Part shown: one piece after another, positions 9,798 to 20,993 of the stretch
How the letters are laid out: every line of letters begins with the position of its first letter
Position numbering within the stretch: position 1 is the first letter of the stretch
Origin: an uncultured cyanobacterium
GTDB taxonomy: Bacteria; Cyanobacteriota; Cyanobacteriia; Cyanobacteriales; Nostocaceae
NCBI GenBank assembly: GCA_963838355.1
Contig: CAWIQQ010000002.1
Span: forward strand, 2,827,831 to 2,891,830
DNA length: 64,000 bases
Reading direction: 5' to 3'
Notes under the pieces: model-generated
Databases searched by the model: none
Seen by the model: the letters and a program-made list of their open reading frames with translations, nothing else
What the model was told of the DNA's origin: nothing
Position numbers and translations under genes: made by a program

Positions 9798-10829
9798 TTA
9801 TAGATTTTTGCTAGTTTCGCCAGATTTTACCATTTTTTTGATAACACTAATCGTTCTATTCCACAACATTATACGACTTGCCGACCTCACAACTTTAGGA
9901 GATTTGCTATAGCTTAATGCCGTTTGAATTTGCAGCAAACCTTCAGATATTTTGCCTTTTCTAATTAAATAATCTGCCGATTCTAAAGCCAGGAAAGCAC
10001 AATTTTGTTTTGCAGTTCGAGCAAGCTTAGTATTCGTTTTTTCAGGTAAATAAGATTTAAAGATAGTTTCTACAGTATTGTAATTTTCCTGAATAAAAAT
10101 TTCGCTTTTGGCATTAACATTATTTGCAGATTCTAAATGTACGCGCCATAGAGCTAAAGGTTCTGCTTCAAACCACATTGGATAATGAGCAAAAATTCTC
10201 ACCCACATCTCCCAATCTGCACTGATACCGCAACGTCTATCGAATCCTCCCAGATTTTCATAAACCTCGCGTCGCACTACTGCAAGAGAAGGTACCGAAA
10301 TACAGCAAAGTTCAGCAATCCTGTGCAGCCAAGTTTCGGGTAAAATACCGCTGTTGGGCATCTCAAAATCGGATAAACCTTGCCATTGATTGTGTTTATC
10401 AATCAATACACTGCGACAAAAAGCAGCACCGATCTGTGGATGCTTCTCAAAAGGTTGTGCCATCTTTTCATAAAATCCTTCTCTGACGCAATCGTCACTA
10501 CACAGCAAATGAATTAACTTTCCCCGAGACAATTCAAAGCAGGTTTGAAAATTATTCATAATACCTACATTGCTCGGCTGACGGTAAAATTCTACACGTC
10601 CTCCGCCTAGTTCTTTTACAAGTGCTTCTGGGTCATCATCACAAGAATTATTATCAACAACCATAATTTGCATCTTATCTATACCCGGATCTTGTGCCAA
10701 AACAGTTGCTAATGTATACCTTAGATATTCCGTACAATTGTAGTTGGGAATCATCACAGACCAAAGCGGACGCTTTACGTTTTCAGAAACCGGCAAAATG
10801 CTTGGGCGATAAGGGTTTAAAAAATTCAT
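9798..10829 (-). CDS. GT2 glycosyltransferase
   Basis: SVMIPNYN, VVDNNS, LCSDD, SADWEMW. Confidence 0.9.
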   Translation of the reverse strand: MNFLNPYRPSILPVSENVKRPLWSVMIPNYNCTEYLRYTLATVLAQDPGIDKMQIMVVDNNSCDDDPEALVKELGGGRVEFYRQPSNVGIMNNFQTCFELSRGKLIHLLCSDDCVREGFYEKMAQPFEKHPQIGAAFCRSVLIDKHNQWQGLSDFEMPNSGILPETWLHRIAELCCISVPSLAVVRREVYENLGGFDRRCGISADWEMWVRIFAHYPMWFEAEPLALWRVHLESANNVNAKSEIFIQENYNTVETIFKSYLPEKTNTKLARTAKQNCAFLALESADYLIRKGKISEGLLQIQTALSYSKSPKVVRSASRIMLWNRTISVIKKMVKSGETSKNL

Positions 10830-11484
10830 AGCTTATTTTACAAGGATCTTGTTTTGTATGAAGCGAGTACAATAATTAAAAGAGTAAATATTATCTTTTG
10901 GTTGTTAAAGCCATAACTAATTTGCCCGCTTATAATGTTATGTCCCGCAATACAGATTTAGAAGCACAAATAAATATGCTTTTTAATTAAACTAAATCAA
11001 ACTCTATATATTGAGTTGTGATTGATACTTTCAATTAAGTACAAACAAGTGATTTGTAGATAATTGCTGTGTGTATCTTTTCAATAGGTTATATCAAAAT
11101 ATATGTATGTTAGGCGAGAGCTTTTACATGATTTTTTGGAATTAAAATCTTATAGATAATCTTCTTTATCAAAGCTTTAAATAAGGACTCGGTAACTACT
11201 AATAAGTACCCGAGAAAAGCCCCCGAAGGATTCTCTAAAGAATAATTTAATTGCAATATATCTTTTAATCGTTTTATATAGATGATGCAATGAATAATAT
11301 AACCAAGGAATAATCTATAGATAACAATAAGTTAATTTTTTTAAGAAAGCAGCGACTATCAAGTTTAATATTTAGATAGCTATGTATGAGGTATAACATT
11401 ACAAAGAGCAAAACTGCATTATATTTACTTGACCTTTTCTGCAATAAAAATTTGTACTCTATTAATTTTATTATTTGTTGAAAT

Positions 11485-11513
11485 AAAAAATAAGGCTTGT
11501 CAACGACAAGCCT
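11485..11513 (-). terminator. Intrinsic terminator downstream of hepA
   Basis: AGGCTTGTC-3nt-GACAAGCCT 9-bp stem followed on the minus strand by TATTTTTT. Confidence 0.65.
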
Positions 11514-11644
11514 ATAATTATTATTATTATTATAAATACCCGTGCAAAATTAATTGAACATTTCGTCTGGGTAGGAAATGGCAATAGGGAACAGCTAGAT
11601 AACTGAGTAGTAATTATATAAAGAATGAGTAAGCTTAACTTTTC

Positions 11645-13486
11645 TTAACTTGCTTGACCTACTTCATTTTGCATTTGATGATATTTCCATAACTTACCGC
11701 GCTGTAGTAGTAAGTCTTGGTATTTCCCTTGCTCAACGATATATCCTCCTTCCAAGACAACTACCTTATCGGCTTTAGCGATTGTAGAAAGTCTATGAGC
11801 GATAGCGATAACTGTTCTACCTACAGAAAGTTTTTCTAAAGATTCCTGAATTAAGCGTTCCGATACAGAATCCAAAGCGCTAGTAGCTTCATCTAAAATC
11901 AAAATTTGGGGATCTCGGAGTAATGCACGCGCTATGGCTATCCGCTGTCTCTGCCCCCCAGATAATCTGACTCCGCGATCGCCAAGTTGGGTATCGAAGC
12001 CTTGAGGCATATCTTCGATGAATTCAAGTGCATTAGCAAGACGAGCAGCTTCTTTAATTTCCGCTTCGGTAGCGTTTAAGGTGCCGTAAGCAATGTTATT
12101 CCAAACTGAAGTATTGAAAATAAACGTATCTTGACTGACAACAGCCATGTTTTTTCGCAGCGAGTAGATGTCAATTTCTTTTAAATCCACTCCATCGATA
12201 TAAATATGTCCTTGTGTTGGATCGTAAAATCGAGGAATTAAATCTGCTAGGGTTGTTTTTCCAGCCCCAGATGCTCCAACCAAAGCAGTTGTTTTTCCCT
12301 TTTCAAGCGTAAGGGTAATATTATGTAACACTAAATTGGTAGGTTCGTAGCCAAAATCAACAGATACTATATCAATAGAACGATTTAACCGCTTGAACTC
12401 AGTAGAACCGTTTTGAAAGTAAGCTTGCTTATCGCTTTCTAACAATTGTTTAACATTATCCATCGAACCATTCAAGGTACTAAGGAAAGCTACTGTTCCA
12501 TTGATATCTTGAATGCTGGGTACAACGCGCATCAGAACAAAGAAAAATGTTAATAATGATGCAACTTGTAAGGTAAATACTGTGAAGGAAAGAATAATTA
12601 AACCGATGATAGCAGTAGTTGCAATAGCTGAAGCTATTGGCTTTACTAAAGTCCAAGCCTTTGCAACTTTTATCGAAGCATTCAGCAATTGACTGCTAAC
12701 GCTATAAAAACGCTGACGTTCAAAGTCTTGCGTACCCGATGCGTGAACCGTGCGGATACCGTTAATAAACTCTGTGGCTGTTGAATGAAAAGCACCGTTA
12801 GCATTAGAAATACCAAAGCTCGATTCTCGAACGCGAGCATTGAGCGTTGAAAGTCCCACACCTAAAAGTGCAAATAGCAACACTGAAACAATTGAAAGCT
12901 GCCATGATATGACAAACATGGTGATAAAGTAAACAGCAACTGCCATGCCTCTAATTATCACGAAAGCAACACCACCGAAGCCTTGTTTTAATCTTTCAAT
13001 TTCAGTTGTGATTGTATTTATCAGTTCGCCGGAACGAGTTTTAACAAAGTAACTTAAGGGTAATGCTTGTAAATGTTCAAACATCCGCTTACGCAAGCGG
13101 TCTGCAAGGTGAAGCTGTGCTGATTCTGTATAGATCGAACTGAAGTAATCGAATGTGGAACGCAGCCAAGTACTTAATAATATTAAGATTGATATTCTAT
13201 ACATCCGGCTGGTTGCGTTCGTTTTAATTCCCAGTATCCAGATATCAAACCAAGCAACGCCTGTTTGAATCGGTTCTGCATCGGCTGCATTCGTTAAGCT
13301 TTGTAGAAAAGTTAACAAAAAACCAATACTAAAACCTTCAAAAGCCGCTGCTAATATCGAAAAAACTATAGCTAAGATAGTAATTTTACGAAAGTGCTTA
13401 AATTCTCGCAGTACTAAATAGTTATTCTTCCAGAACTTGGTAGCTTTAAATAAATTGCTTAATGGCTGGTATGTTTTTGAATGCAT
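11645..13486 (-). CDS. hepA: Heterocyst envelope polysaccharide ABC transporter HepA
   Basis: ABC TM+NBD (GASGAGKTT, LSGGQRQR, LDEATSALD); N-terminus FWKNNYLVLREFKHFRKI and C-terminus GKLWKYHQMQ match recalled Anabaena HepA; next to hepC. Confidence 0.9.
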   Translation of the reverse strand: MHSKTYQPLSNLFKATKFWKNNYLVLREFKHFRKITILAIVFSILAAAFEGFSIGFLLTFLQSLTNAADAEPIQTGVAWFDIWILGIKTNATSRMYRISILILLSTWLRSTFDYFSSIYTESAQLHLADRLRKRMFEHLQALPLSYFVKTRSGELINTITTEIERLKQGFGGVAFVIIRGMAVAVYFITMFVISWQLSIVSVLLFALLGVGLSTLNARVRESSFGISNANGAFHSTATEFINGIRTVHASGTQDFERQRFYSVSSQLLNASIKVAKAWTLVKPIASAIATTAIIGLIILSFTVFTLQVASLLTFFFVLMRVVPSIQDINGTVAFLSTLNGSMDNVKQLLESDKQAYFQNGSTEFKRLNRSIDIVSVDFGYEPTNLVLHNITLTLEKGKTTALVGASGAGKTTLADLIPRFYDPTQGHIYIDGVDLKEIDIYSLRKNMAVVSQDTFIFNTSVWNNIAYGTLNATEAEIKEAARLANALEFIEDMPQGFDTQLGDRGVRLSGGQRQRIAIARALLRDPQILILDEATSALDSVSERLIQESLEKLSVGRTVIAIAHRLSTIAKADKVVVLEGGYIVEQGKYQDLLLQRGKLWKYHQMQNEVGQAS

Positions 13487-13676
13487 ATATAATTTTTTAA
13501 CTATTAGAGTCAGAGCGATATTTTAATTCTGTTTTATCTGAGCAGTCTCGGGTAAAATGCCAACACGAGAGGGCTTCTATATCGCTCTTAAAAGTGCTGG
13601 CACTTATTATCTTTTTAATCGGCTTTTTCTTTGAAGCATAAAAATATTAATTTGATAGAAAAAGCAGGCATATTAA

Positions 13677-14462
13677 TCAAGATGTTTGACTATCTAAATG
13701 TAATATATTTGATTCTTCTGTCTCTACTTCCCAAGAACCCATAATTCCAGGTAGATTATTCAGTTGCTTCTGTGATTTGGGAGTTAACCTTACCGCATCT
13801 TCTAAAGTCCAGCAGCGGGAACCAAATAAGCCCATTTCGCCTCGAATGACATTCAACAATTGCGGTAAGTTATTCAAACCGTACCTACACATCCACTTTC
13901 CTAACTGAGTTACTTCTGTTATCTCTTTGGGATCTATTTTTTGATTTACAGAAGCTGTACGAAATTTGATTAATTTAAATAATCTACCTCTTTCACCGAC
14001 ATGCCAAGAACGTTCAAATAATGGTGCTTGAACATCAATTTTCATTAATGCAGCTAATAACAGCATCAGCGGACTAACCATAAGTAAAACCACCGTGGCG
14101 ATCGCCCATTCGCAAAAACGCTTCATCCACCATAAAAGGTAACTGTTAGGTTTTGGCTGTTTTCGATCGGCACCGATCTGTAAATATATTGGTTTAGAAG
14201 CCCAGGCAGCAGCATCTGCCCAAAGCTTTACTTTCTCTTCCCCTAATTTCGGATCTATACGAACTAAGTTAACGGAAGAATGTTGCAAGCATTCTTTTAA
14301 AGATTCATAGGTATCTAATAAAGGCATATAAGGTTGCTTAACTGAACCTATAGGCTTGACCAATAATTGATTGCATCGCCATTGAAGAGTGCAGTAGGTC
14401 GAGCAATTAGCTTCAGATAAACTAGAGCTATTGTTTAAAGTTGGCAGTAGGTTAGTTTTCAT
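13677..14462 (-). CDS. hepC: HepC, bacterial sugar-transferase family
   Basis: YCTLQWR..QLLVKP N-terminus, sugar-transferase domain (KRFCEW, LIKFRT, LPQLLNVIRGEMGLFG); directly upstream of hepA. Confidence 0.8.
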   Translation of the reverse strand: MKTNLLPTLNNSSSLSEANCSTYCTLQWRCNQLLVKPIGSVKQPYMPLLDTYESLKECLQHSSVNLVRIDPKLGEEKVKLWADAAAWASKPIYLQIGADRKQPKPNSYLLWWMKRFCEWAIATVVLLMVSPLMLLLAALMKIDVQAPLFERSWHVGERGRLFKLIKFRTASVNQKIDPKEITEVTQLGKWMCRYGLNNLPQLLNVIRGEMGLFGSRCWTLEDAVRLTPKSQKQLNNLPGIMGSWEVETEESNILHLDSQTS

Positions 14463-14620
14463 ATCAATTTTAACTAATAGAGTGGTAGACAGCTTGTCTT
14501 ATATACAACGTGTCAAAATGCCTGTAATATCCGTAATTTTTAGCTTAACTTCCAGAAAGCCGAAGTTATATAGGCTACTGTAATACTTAGAAAAGTTCCG
14601 TTAAACTAATTGCATACCTT

Positions 14621-14626
14621 TCCGGA
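14621..14626 (-). promoter_or_regulatory. Possible DIF1 motif (TCCGGA) upstream of hepC
   Basis: TCCGGA about 160 bp upstream of the hepC start; no TSS data, downstream -10 element not convincing. Confidence 0.35.
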
Positions 14627-15329
14627 TCGATTTTTGAAGATGTATGTTGAAAGAAGATACGAGACTTAGATAAATCTACCCAATCTCGCTATTGCTTTTT
14701 CTTTTTGCAACGGTATTCAATAAATAGGATATAGGAAACGATAGAAATAACGTTATCTAAAATGAATTCTTTATTTATTCTTCAAATATTTACTACTTTA
14801 TTATCGGAATTATTAAGGTACTATGAATTCTATTTAGGTAACACTTAATTACCGCTATCTCGATAGTCTAAGCGATTGTAACATAAATATTTTTTAGGAT
14901 TTAATAAACCTTTATCTTTATCTAAGGTTTTTTCGTAAATTGACTAAATATACATGGGAATTTACGTAAACTTCATATATATCCCTTTAAACATCGTTCA
15001 AATTTAATAAAACTACAACATCAACATCAAGTTTGCCAAACTAGTTGCTCCCGTTTCAGGTTTGGGCATTTGTTGTATTTTTGTAAATTGATAACTTGCA
15101 CCATTCGATGGCGAGCCTCTAGAAACTCGGTTTCTTTAGTGGTTTATTTCATTAGTTTTGATGGGTGTATCCTAAAAACAGAAAGTTTTTTCTTCCCCTT
15201 CTCCCCCCTCTCCCTCCTCTCCCGGCATTTCTTATAAGAAAGACTACTACAAAAAATAAAAGGCATACGCTTATATAAAAGCGCAGCCTTAAAAGTAAGC
15301 GATTATCTAAATTTAAGTTAGTTGAACAT

Positions 15330-17564
15330 CTATTCTTCCACGGCTCCTTTCAATGCTAATTGCTGTTGCTTCACATTGGGAACGTAGCTGTAGCCAGTTT
15401 TTGAAACACCATTTGCAACAACGCCAAGCAAGTTTAATTTACCCAGCATGGCTGTAGCTTGTGCTAATTGAGTACGAGTAACTCCTCCAATACTCGCTAC
15501 CATAATTACTCCACGACAAGTTGACGCGGTGAGTAAAGCATCTACTAAACCAAGAACTGCTGAACCATCTAAGATAACCAAGTCATAGTTTTCTTCAAAT
15601 GCCATCATCAATTCTTCCATCCGAGGAGAGCTTAATAGATTCGCAGGGTCTTCTGGAACTGGGCCTGCGGTTAAAATATCTATATAAGATGAGCCTGAAG
15701 ATTGAAGAGTTATCTGGTTGGGTAAAGCTACATCGCTTGTCAGCAGAGTAGAAAGTCCTTGTTCGTTAGGAAGATTTAGGTGTTTGTGTACGCTGGGGTC
15801 GCGTAGATTCGCATCTATTAATAATACCTTTTTATGCAAACGAGCGGCACTCATTGCTAAACCTAAAGCCAAAGCTGATTTACCTTCATCGGGTAATGCC
15901 GAGGTTATCATTAAAGACTTGAAGGCAGAAACAGAATTGAGCAATTCTATGTTTTTATAAATTAGGTCGAGCGATTCCCAGCGCGGTGGCGATTGCAATA
16001 CCTGAATCGTCCAAGGAGCAAGCACTTCTGGCTTACCAAAAGGTAGCTTAAATACTGATTCTTTAGTTTTAGCAGCAGGTAATTTAGGAGTTGTTCCTAA
16101 AAGCGGAATCGCAAATTGTTTCTCTAATTCGGCAGTAGTGCGAACTGCATCATCTCCTGCTTCCCTAGCGAAAGCCGCTATACCTCCTAACATTAAACCA
16201 ACTACTCCACCTAATAACAGGTTTTGTTGCAGGTTGGGACCTAAATAATCTCCTTCTTGGGGTTCTTCTACTACTTCCCAGTTAAATCCGCCTTTGTCGA
16301 GTTCTTGCTCTACTTCTTGCTCTGCTGTTAATAGCTCCTGCAAGCGGTCGCGACTTCGTTGTACCTGGGGTTGCAAGCGATTATACTCAGCTAGCAAACG
16401 AGGAAATTTTGTCAGTTCTTGCTGTAGCTGAATTTCTTTTTCTGCCAAACTTTGGTCGCGTGCGGCTAAAGCAAAGAGGTTTGTTTGGGTTTCTACTAAG
16501 GTACTAGCAAGGTTGAGGTCTGTTTGAGAAAGCTGCCCTTGGCTAAGTAATTGGCCAGTATTGACATCACTTGCATCTACATTACTTCCTCCTAAAGCTC
16601 TACCTACTTCTTGCTGTAGTAGCTGCTTTTGTTCGGCAAGCTGTTCTTTAAGCTTTAACACATCGGGATGTTGGGCTGTAAAACGCAAATTTGCTTGAGC
16701 GATCGCCAGTTCGGTTTTTTGAATTTCGTTAAGCAAGGATTGGTAGCGAGTGGATTGACTCAAACGAGAAGAGACAAGTGCTTTCTGGGGAGTGCGTTTT
16801 AATTGTTTTTGTAATGAATCTAGGCGTGCTTGAGCTTCTTTATATTGATTGTGAGTTGTACGTCGTTCTTGTTGAATGTTATTTAAAGCAGTTTCATAAG
16901 CTTGAGCTTGTGTTTGGGGATCTGTTAAATTCTGAGAATTGCGAAATCTTAGTAACTGTGATTCAGCTTTGTTTAACTCATCTGTTACCTTATTTTTCTG
17001 TTCTCTGATTACTTTCAAACCGTTTTTTAAACGCTTTTCCTGCTGCTCTTTGTTGAAATCGAGATAAACTTCCCGGATGGCTTCTAATACTCTTTGAGTC
17101 TTGTTCGGGTCTTTAGCTGTATACTCGACTTGAAAGATTTTAGTTGCAATGTCATCGTCTTTTGACCTTACTTGCTTTAAGGACAAAGAACTTTTTATAT
17201 CTTTTACGGTAATTTCCGGGTATTCGGGCTTTAGTTTTTCAACTGCTTGTTTGATAAGTGAAGAACTACGCATCAAATTTAATTGGGTAGCAGTATCTAT
17301 CTTCACGTTAGAGTCGGTAAACTGATTTTTCTCTAGCCCAGTTCCTTCTGCTTTTCCCTGATAGTTTTGTTCTACCAACAGGTCCATAGAACTTTTGTAA
17401 CTAGGCGGGGTTTTTCGATAAACATAATAACCCGCACCTACTGAAGCCAAAAATACTATCAAAAACCAAGGAAATCGCCGGATTAATACCGCAAACAGCT
17501 GCCCGTAACCCGGTTCTGAATCAGCAGCTGGATTTACATGGGGACTTAAACTCGTTTGCATCAC
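15330..17564 (-). CDS. Wzc/GumC-type polysaccharide co-polymerase with BY-kinase-like domain
   Basis: N-terminal TM, long coiled coil, second TM, P-loop-like TSALPDEGKS, LLIDANLR, LVILD. Confidence 0.85.
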   Translation of the reverse strand: MMQTSLSPHVNPAADSEPGYGQLFAVLIRRFPWFLIVFLASVGAGYYVYRKTPPSYKSSMDLLVEQNYQGKAEGTGLEKNQFTDSNVKIDTATQLNLMRSSSLIKQAVEKLKPEYPEITVKDIKSSLSLKQVRSKDDDIATKIFQVEYTAKDPNKTQRVLEAIREVYLDFNKEQQEKRLKNGLKVIREQKNKVTDELNKAESQLLRFRNSQNLTDPQTQAQAYETALNNIQQERRTTHNQYKEAQARLDSLQKQLKRTPQKALVSSRLSQSTRYQSLLNEIQKTELAIAQANLRFTAQHPDVLKLKEQLAEQKQLLQQEVGRALGGSNVDASDVNTGQLLSQGQLSQTDLNLASTLVETQTNLFALAARDQSLAEKEIQLQQELTKFPRLLAEYNRLQPQVQRSRDRLQELLTAEQEVEQELDKGGFNWEVVEEPQEGDYLGPNLQQNLLLGGVVGLMLGGIAAFAREAGDDAVRTTAELEKQFAIPLLGTTPKLPAAKTKESVFKLPFGKPEVLAPWTIQVLQSPPRWESLDLIYKNIELLNSVSAFKSLMITSALPDEGKSALALGLAMSAARLHKKVLLIDANLRDPSVHKHLNLPNEQGLSTLLTSDVALPNQITLQSSGSSYIDILTAGPVPEDPANLLSSPRMEELMMAFEENYDLVILDGSAVLGLVDALLTASTCRGVIMVASIGGVTRTQLAQATAMLGKLNLLGVVANGVSKTGYSYVPNVKQQQLALKGAVEE

Positions 17565-17580
17565 TTTTTTATTTCCTCGG

Positions 17581-18690
17581 CTAACAAATCAGGGACTGCG
17601 ATCGCACTAAGCTACTAGTTTGGTCGATGACTTTCTCGACTTTACTAAAAAATGCTTCTTCCGAAAAATTCGCTACAGCATGATTGCGGATGTTTTCGTA
17701 ATTCCAATAGATTTCCCTGGCTTCTAATAAGGCAGTTTGTAAGGAGTCAGGCGTTTGCCTCTTGAAAAACACTCCTGTTTTTCCTGGCACCTGAGTATCT
17801 AAAACTCCTCCCGCTCCGAAGGCTACCACCGGGGTTCCACTAGCGTTTGCTTCTACCGGAACCAACCCATAGTCTTCTAAGGCTGCAACTATTACAGATT
17901 TTGCTTTCGCAAACAACTGGGTACGTTCTAAATCTGATACGTGACCTACAAACTCGATATTTTTCAAAGCTTTTGATTGTAAGCGTTCTCTTTCTGGGCC
18001 GTCACCTGATATTTTCAGTTGCCACCCCAGCCAGTTAAAAGCTTCCACTATTATATCAAGTCGTTTGTAACCTATCATCCGAGCTGATGCAAGAAAATAG
18101 TCATCTTTAGAATTTGAATAAATAAACTTACTGGTATCAATTGGATAGTTAATAACTATTGCTTTTTTACCGTAGATGCTCTTAATACGCCGCGCTACAA
18201 CGCTAGAATTTGCAATATAAAGGTCTGGCTCTTGTGCATAAGTTAAGTCAACATTTCTCATTAATTGGAATACTTTTTCAATTAACGGAGCAAAATACTG
18301 ATAATCAGCATATTCTCTTAAATAAGTTTCGGTATCCCATAGAAAACGGGTGACATTATGACAAAAGCAAACGTGTCGTGCCTTTGAGCTTTTTCGTACT
18401 GCTTTGGCAAAACTAGTACTGCTACTGATAATTAAATCATATTCTTGCAAGTCTAAAGCACGAAAGGCAGGAAAATAAAAGGGAGCCATTAACCGGAAGT
18501 ATTTGGCTGCACCAGGAATATGTTGTAAATAAGTTGTGTTAACTATCCTTTCGCCTAAATCAATCGTTTTTTGAGCATCGTATAAAGATGTAAATACGTC
18601 TGCTTGAGGAAATCGTTTACAAAGTAGTTCAAATACCCGTTCTGCGCCTCCTCGTTGGGTTAAATAATCATGAACTAAGGCAATTTTCAT
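17581..18690 (-). CDS. GT4 glycosyltransferase
   Basis: MKIALVHDYLTQRGGAERV, EDYGLVPVEANASGTPV. Confidence 0.9.
   Translation of the reverse strand: MKIALVHDYLTQRGGAERVFELLCKRFPQADVFTSLYDAQKTIDLGERIVNTTYLQHIPGAAKYFRLMAPFYFPAFRALDLQEYDLIISSSTSFAKAVRKSSKARHVCFCHNVTRFLWDTETYLREYADYQYFAPLIEKVFQLMRNVDLTYAQEPDLYIANSSVVARRIKSIYGKKAIVINYPIDTSKFIYSNSKDDYFLASARMIGYKRLDIIVEAFNWLGWQLKISGDGPERERLQSKALKNIEFVGHVSDLERTQLFAKAKSVIVAALEDYGLVPVEANASGTPVVAFGAGGVLDTQVPGKTGVFFKRQTPDSLQTALLEAREIYWNYENIRNHAVANFSEEAFFSKVEKVIDQTSSLVRSQSLIC
17598..17605. repeat. HIP1 octamer GCGATCGC (representative copy)
   Basis: Recurs across the window, e.g. 27210 and 52230; typical cyanobacterial HIP1. Confidence 0.85.
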
Positions 18691-18849
18691 TTTTTTTCCT
18701 ATGAAATTACAGTTCGTCTGTAAGCAGTGTTTAAAAATTACATTTAATTTTTATTAGAGCTTATATTTTAATCGAAATATTTAACATTTATATTTTATTT
18801 TTTACAAATATTTTTACTTTTCAATTACTTTCAATTTTGAAAAATATAT

Positions 18850-19614
18850 TTAATCTTTGAAAAACAATTCGTAAGATGAATATATCGCCTGCTTAAAGCT
18901 AGAAGGCAAATTAGGAGTTTGCGATTTATAAGCTGCAATTGCTTGATGCTTTTTTTGTTTCAAGCTACCAATAGATAATCGGTACAGATGACTATTTTTA
19001 TGCAAATATTCATGTTTTGACAGCGGATTTCGCCACAACATCCAAATCGGATATTGCAAAAGTTCTATTTCCATTTTCGATTTTTGAATGGCACTTTTTA
19101 CTAAAGTGTAAGTGGCTTCATGGTCTGGATGTCCATCGTGGTAATCTGGAACGTAAACTTCCTGTGGTTCAAAGGATTGGATAATTTCGACTAGTTTATT
19201 AATTAATAAGTTTTGTTTCTCTGGAGAAAGTTGACCTAAAGAACCATCAGTTTCGCCGAGGTATAGAGCCTCTGAAGGTTCGATTCCCAAAACATCAAGA
19301 GCTTCCGCCGCTTCTTGTTGACGATATTGGATAACATTCTCCGGTTTAACCCAATCTGGTTTACTACCAAAACGTCCATCTGTGAGAAATACCACCTTAA
19401 CTGGTATTCCTTGAGAACGCTTGATAGCAATGGTTCCTCCACAGCCTATAGTTTCATCATCTTGGTGTGGAGAAAAGACTATTGCTGGTTTATTGTTCGC
19501 TTCTATTGGTTTACTTTTAAAACGTAGCAGCCAATTATAAAATACGCTGTAGTTTGCATCTCTAACGGCTGCTCCTAAAGTTATTCGCAATTGATTTAAA
19601 GACAGTTTAAGCAT
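18850..19614 (-). CDS. PIG-L/LmbE-family N-deacetylase
   Basis: FSPHQDDETIG and DGHPDH metal-binding motifs; start overlaps the upstream GT stop by 8 nt. Confidence 0.85.
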   Translation of the reverse strand: MLKLSLNQLRITLGAAVRDANYSVFYNWLLRFKSKPIEANNKPAIVFSPHQDDETIGCGGTIAIKRSQGIPVKVVFLTDGRFGSKPDWVKPENVIQYRQQEAAEALDVLGIEPSEALYLGETDGSLGQLSPEKQNLLINKLVEIIQSFEPQEVYVPDYHDGHPDHEATYTLVKSAIQKSKMEIELLQYPIWMLWRNPLSKHEYLHKNSHLYRLSIGSLKQKKHQAIAAYKSQTPNLPSSFKQAIYSSYELFFKD

Positions 19615-20815
19615 AGGTTAATAATTTGTTTTCGATCCCGTGTTGCAACATAATTTTTTCAACTGTTTTTCTATACACTTGAGTGAAGTGTTCTCTTGTA
19701 TGATTTTCTCGAACAAATTCCCAAGAGTTTCTAGCCATTTTTTCGAGTATTGATGGATCTAATTGTGAAATATTTTCGATGCTTTTCTTGATTTCTTCGA
19801 CAGAATTTTCTTTTAAAATAATTCCATAGTCATCGCTGACATCTACGCTAGATTCGTAACTAACAATCGGAATTAGACCTGTATGCATACAGTTGATAAC
19901 GCATCCGCCGCCACCTTCGGAGCAGGAAGGATAAACAGTAGCCACACAACTGTTAACAATGTCTAGAAATTTCTGAGAGGTAACATCAACCCAACCAACT
20001 GTATGGATGTTAGGAGTTTGATAAAGTTCTTTGTAAAAAGCTGCTTCAAATTCTTTTTCTTTATTAATCGGGCCGCAAATGGTTAAATGCTTATCCGGCA
20101 TTTGGGAAAAGGCATCTAAAAGTAAATCTAATCCCTTATGAACTAAACCACCGCTACCAAACCAAAGGAAATTTTTACGGCAAGCGGCAAAATCTTTATT
20201 TTCCGGATAAGGATATAGTGTTGGAGCAGAAATAGGAATTCGGTGCAGCGGTTTATTGGCGTATTTAAACGTATTCATCGTAAATTCGTTACCAAGAACT
20301 GTAGCGCAATCAGCGTATTCGATGGCTTTGTTTGGCTGCTCGAATCTTCGAGGGCTTAAAGTAATGCCGCGTCTTTGCTGCAATTCTAATAATCTATTCG
20401 CTTCAGCTGCATTATGAAATAAAAGATGCGCTGTATCGGCATGAAATATTTTTATACAATCCTTATTTAAAAATGGTAGGCATCTTTGTAAATTCCAACG
20501 TGTTTCTATAAAGAAGGTATAGTGCTTTTTAGGAATAAATACATCGTTATAAAACCAGATAACATCAACGTTATAACCAAAGTCTAAAAAAGTTTTAGCC
20601 ATTTGCAGGCATTCCCAATGTTGGGTATGAGAAGTTGGGACGGGTTCGCCTGGTTTTAAAGTAAATGGGTCTACAACATAGGAAATCATTACGTTTCCAA
20701 CTGCTGGTTGATTTGGCTGTAGTGAAATCATCCGCCGTCTTTCAAGACGACCTTGTATTTTTTGGGTTACTACAGTAACGTTGTCTGTTACACGTTTAAT
20801 TAAATTGGTTTTCAT
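19607..20815 (-). CDS. GT-B (GT4-like) glycosyltransferase
   Basis: HKGLDLLLDAF, VYPSCSEGGG. Confidence 0.8.
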   Translation of the reverse strand: MKTNLIKRVTDNVTVVTQKIQGRLERRRMISLQPNQPAVGNVMISYVVDPFTLKPGEPVPTSHTQHWECLQMAKTFLDFGYNVDVIWFYNDVFIPKKHYTFFIETRWNLQRCLPFLNKDCIKIFHADTAHLLFHNAAEANRLLELQQRRGITLSPRRFEQPNKAIEYADCATVLGNEFTMNTFKYANKPLHRIPISAPTLYPYPENKDFAACRKNFLWFGSGGLVHKGLDLLLDAFSQMPDKHLTICGPINKEKEFEAAFYKELYQTPNIHTVGWVDVTSQKFLDIVNSCVATVYPSCSEGGGGCVINCMHTGLIPIVSYESSVDVSDDYGIILKENSVEEIKKSIENISQLDPSILEKMARNSWEFVRENHTREHFTQVYRKTVEKIMLQHGIENKLLTYA

Positions 20816-20993
20816 AAAAAATACCCCCTGACAAAGTTAGATCAAGTTTGAATTAACGGTAGAGAAATAGAATGAAGTAAGAAGAATCTATCAATATATT
20901 TCAGTTGAGTTCGATTCTTCATTACAAAACTTGTGTCTTCTGCGCTACTTAGATTAAATAATAACGTAACGCATCTGTTTCAAAAGAGTTATT

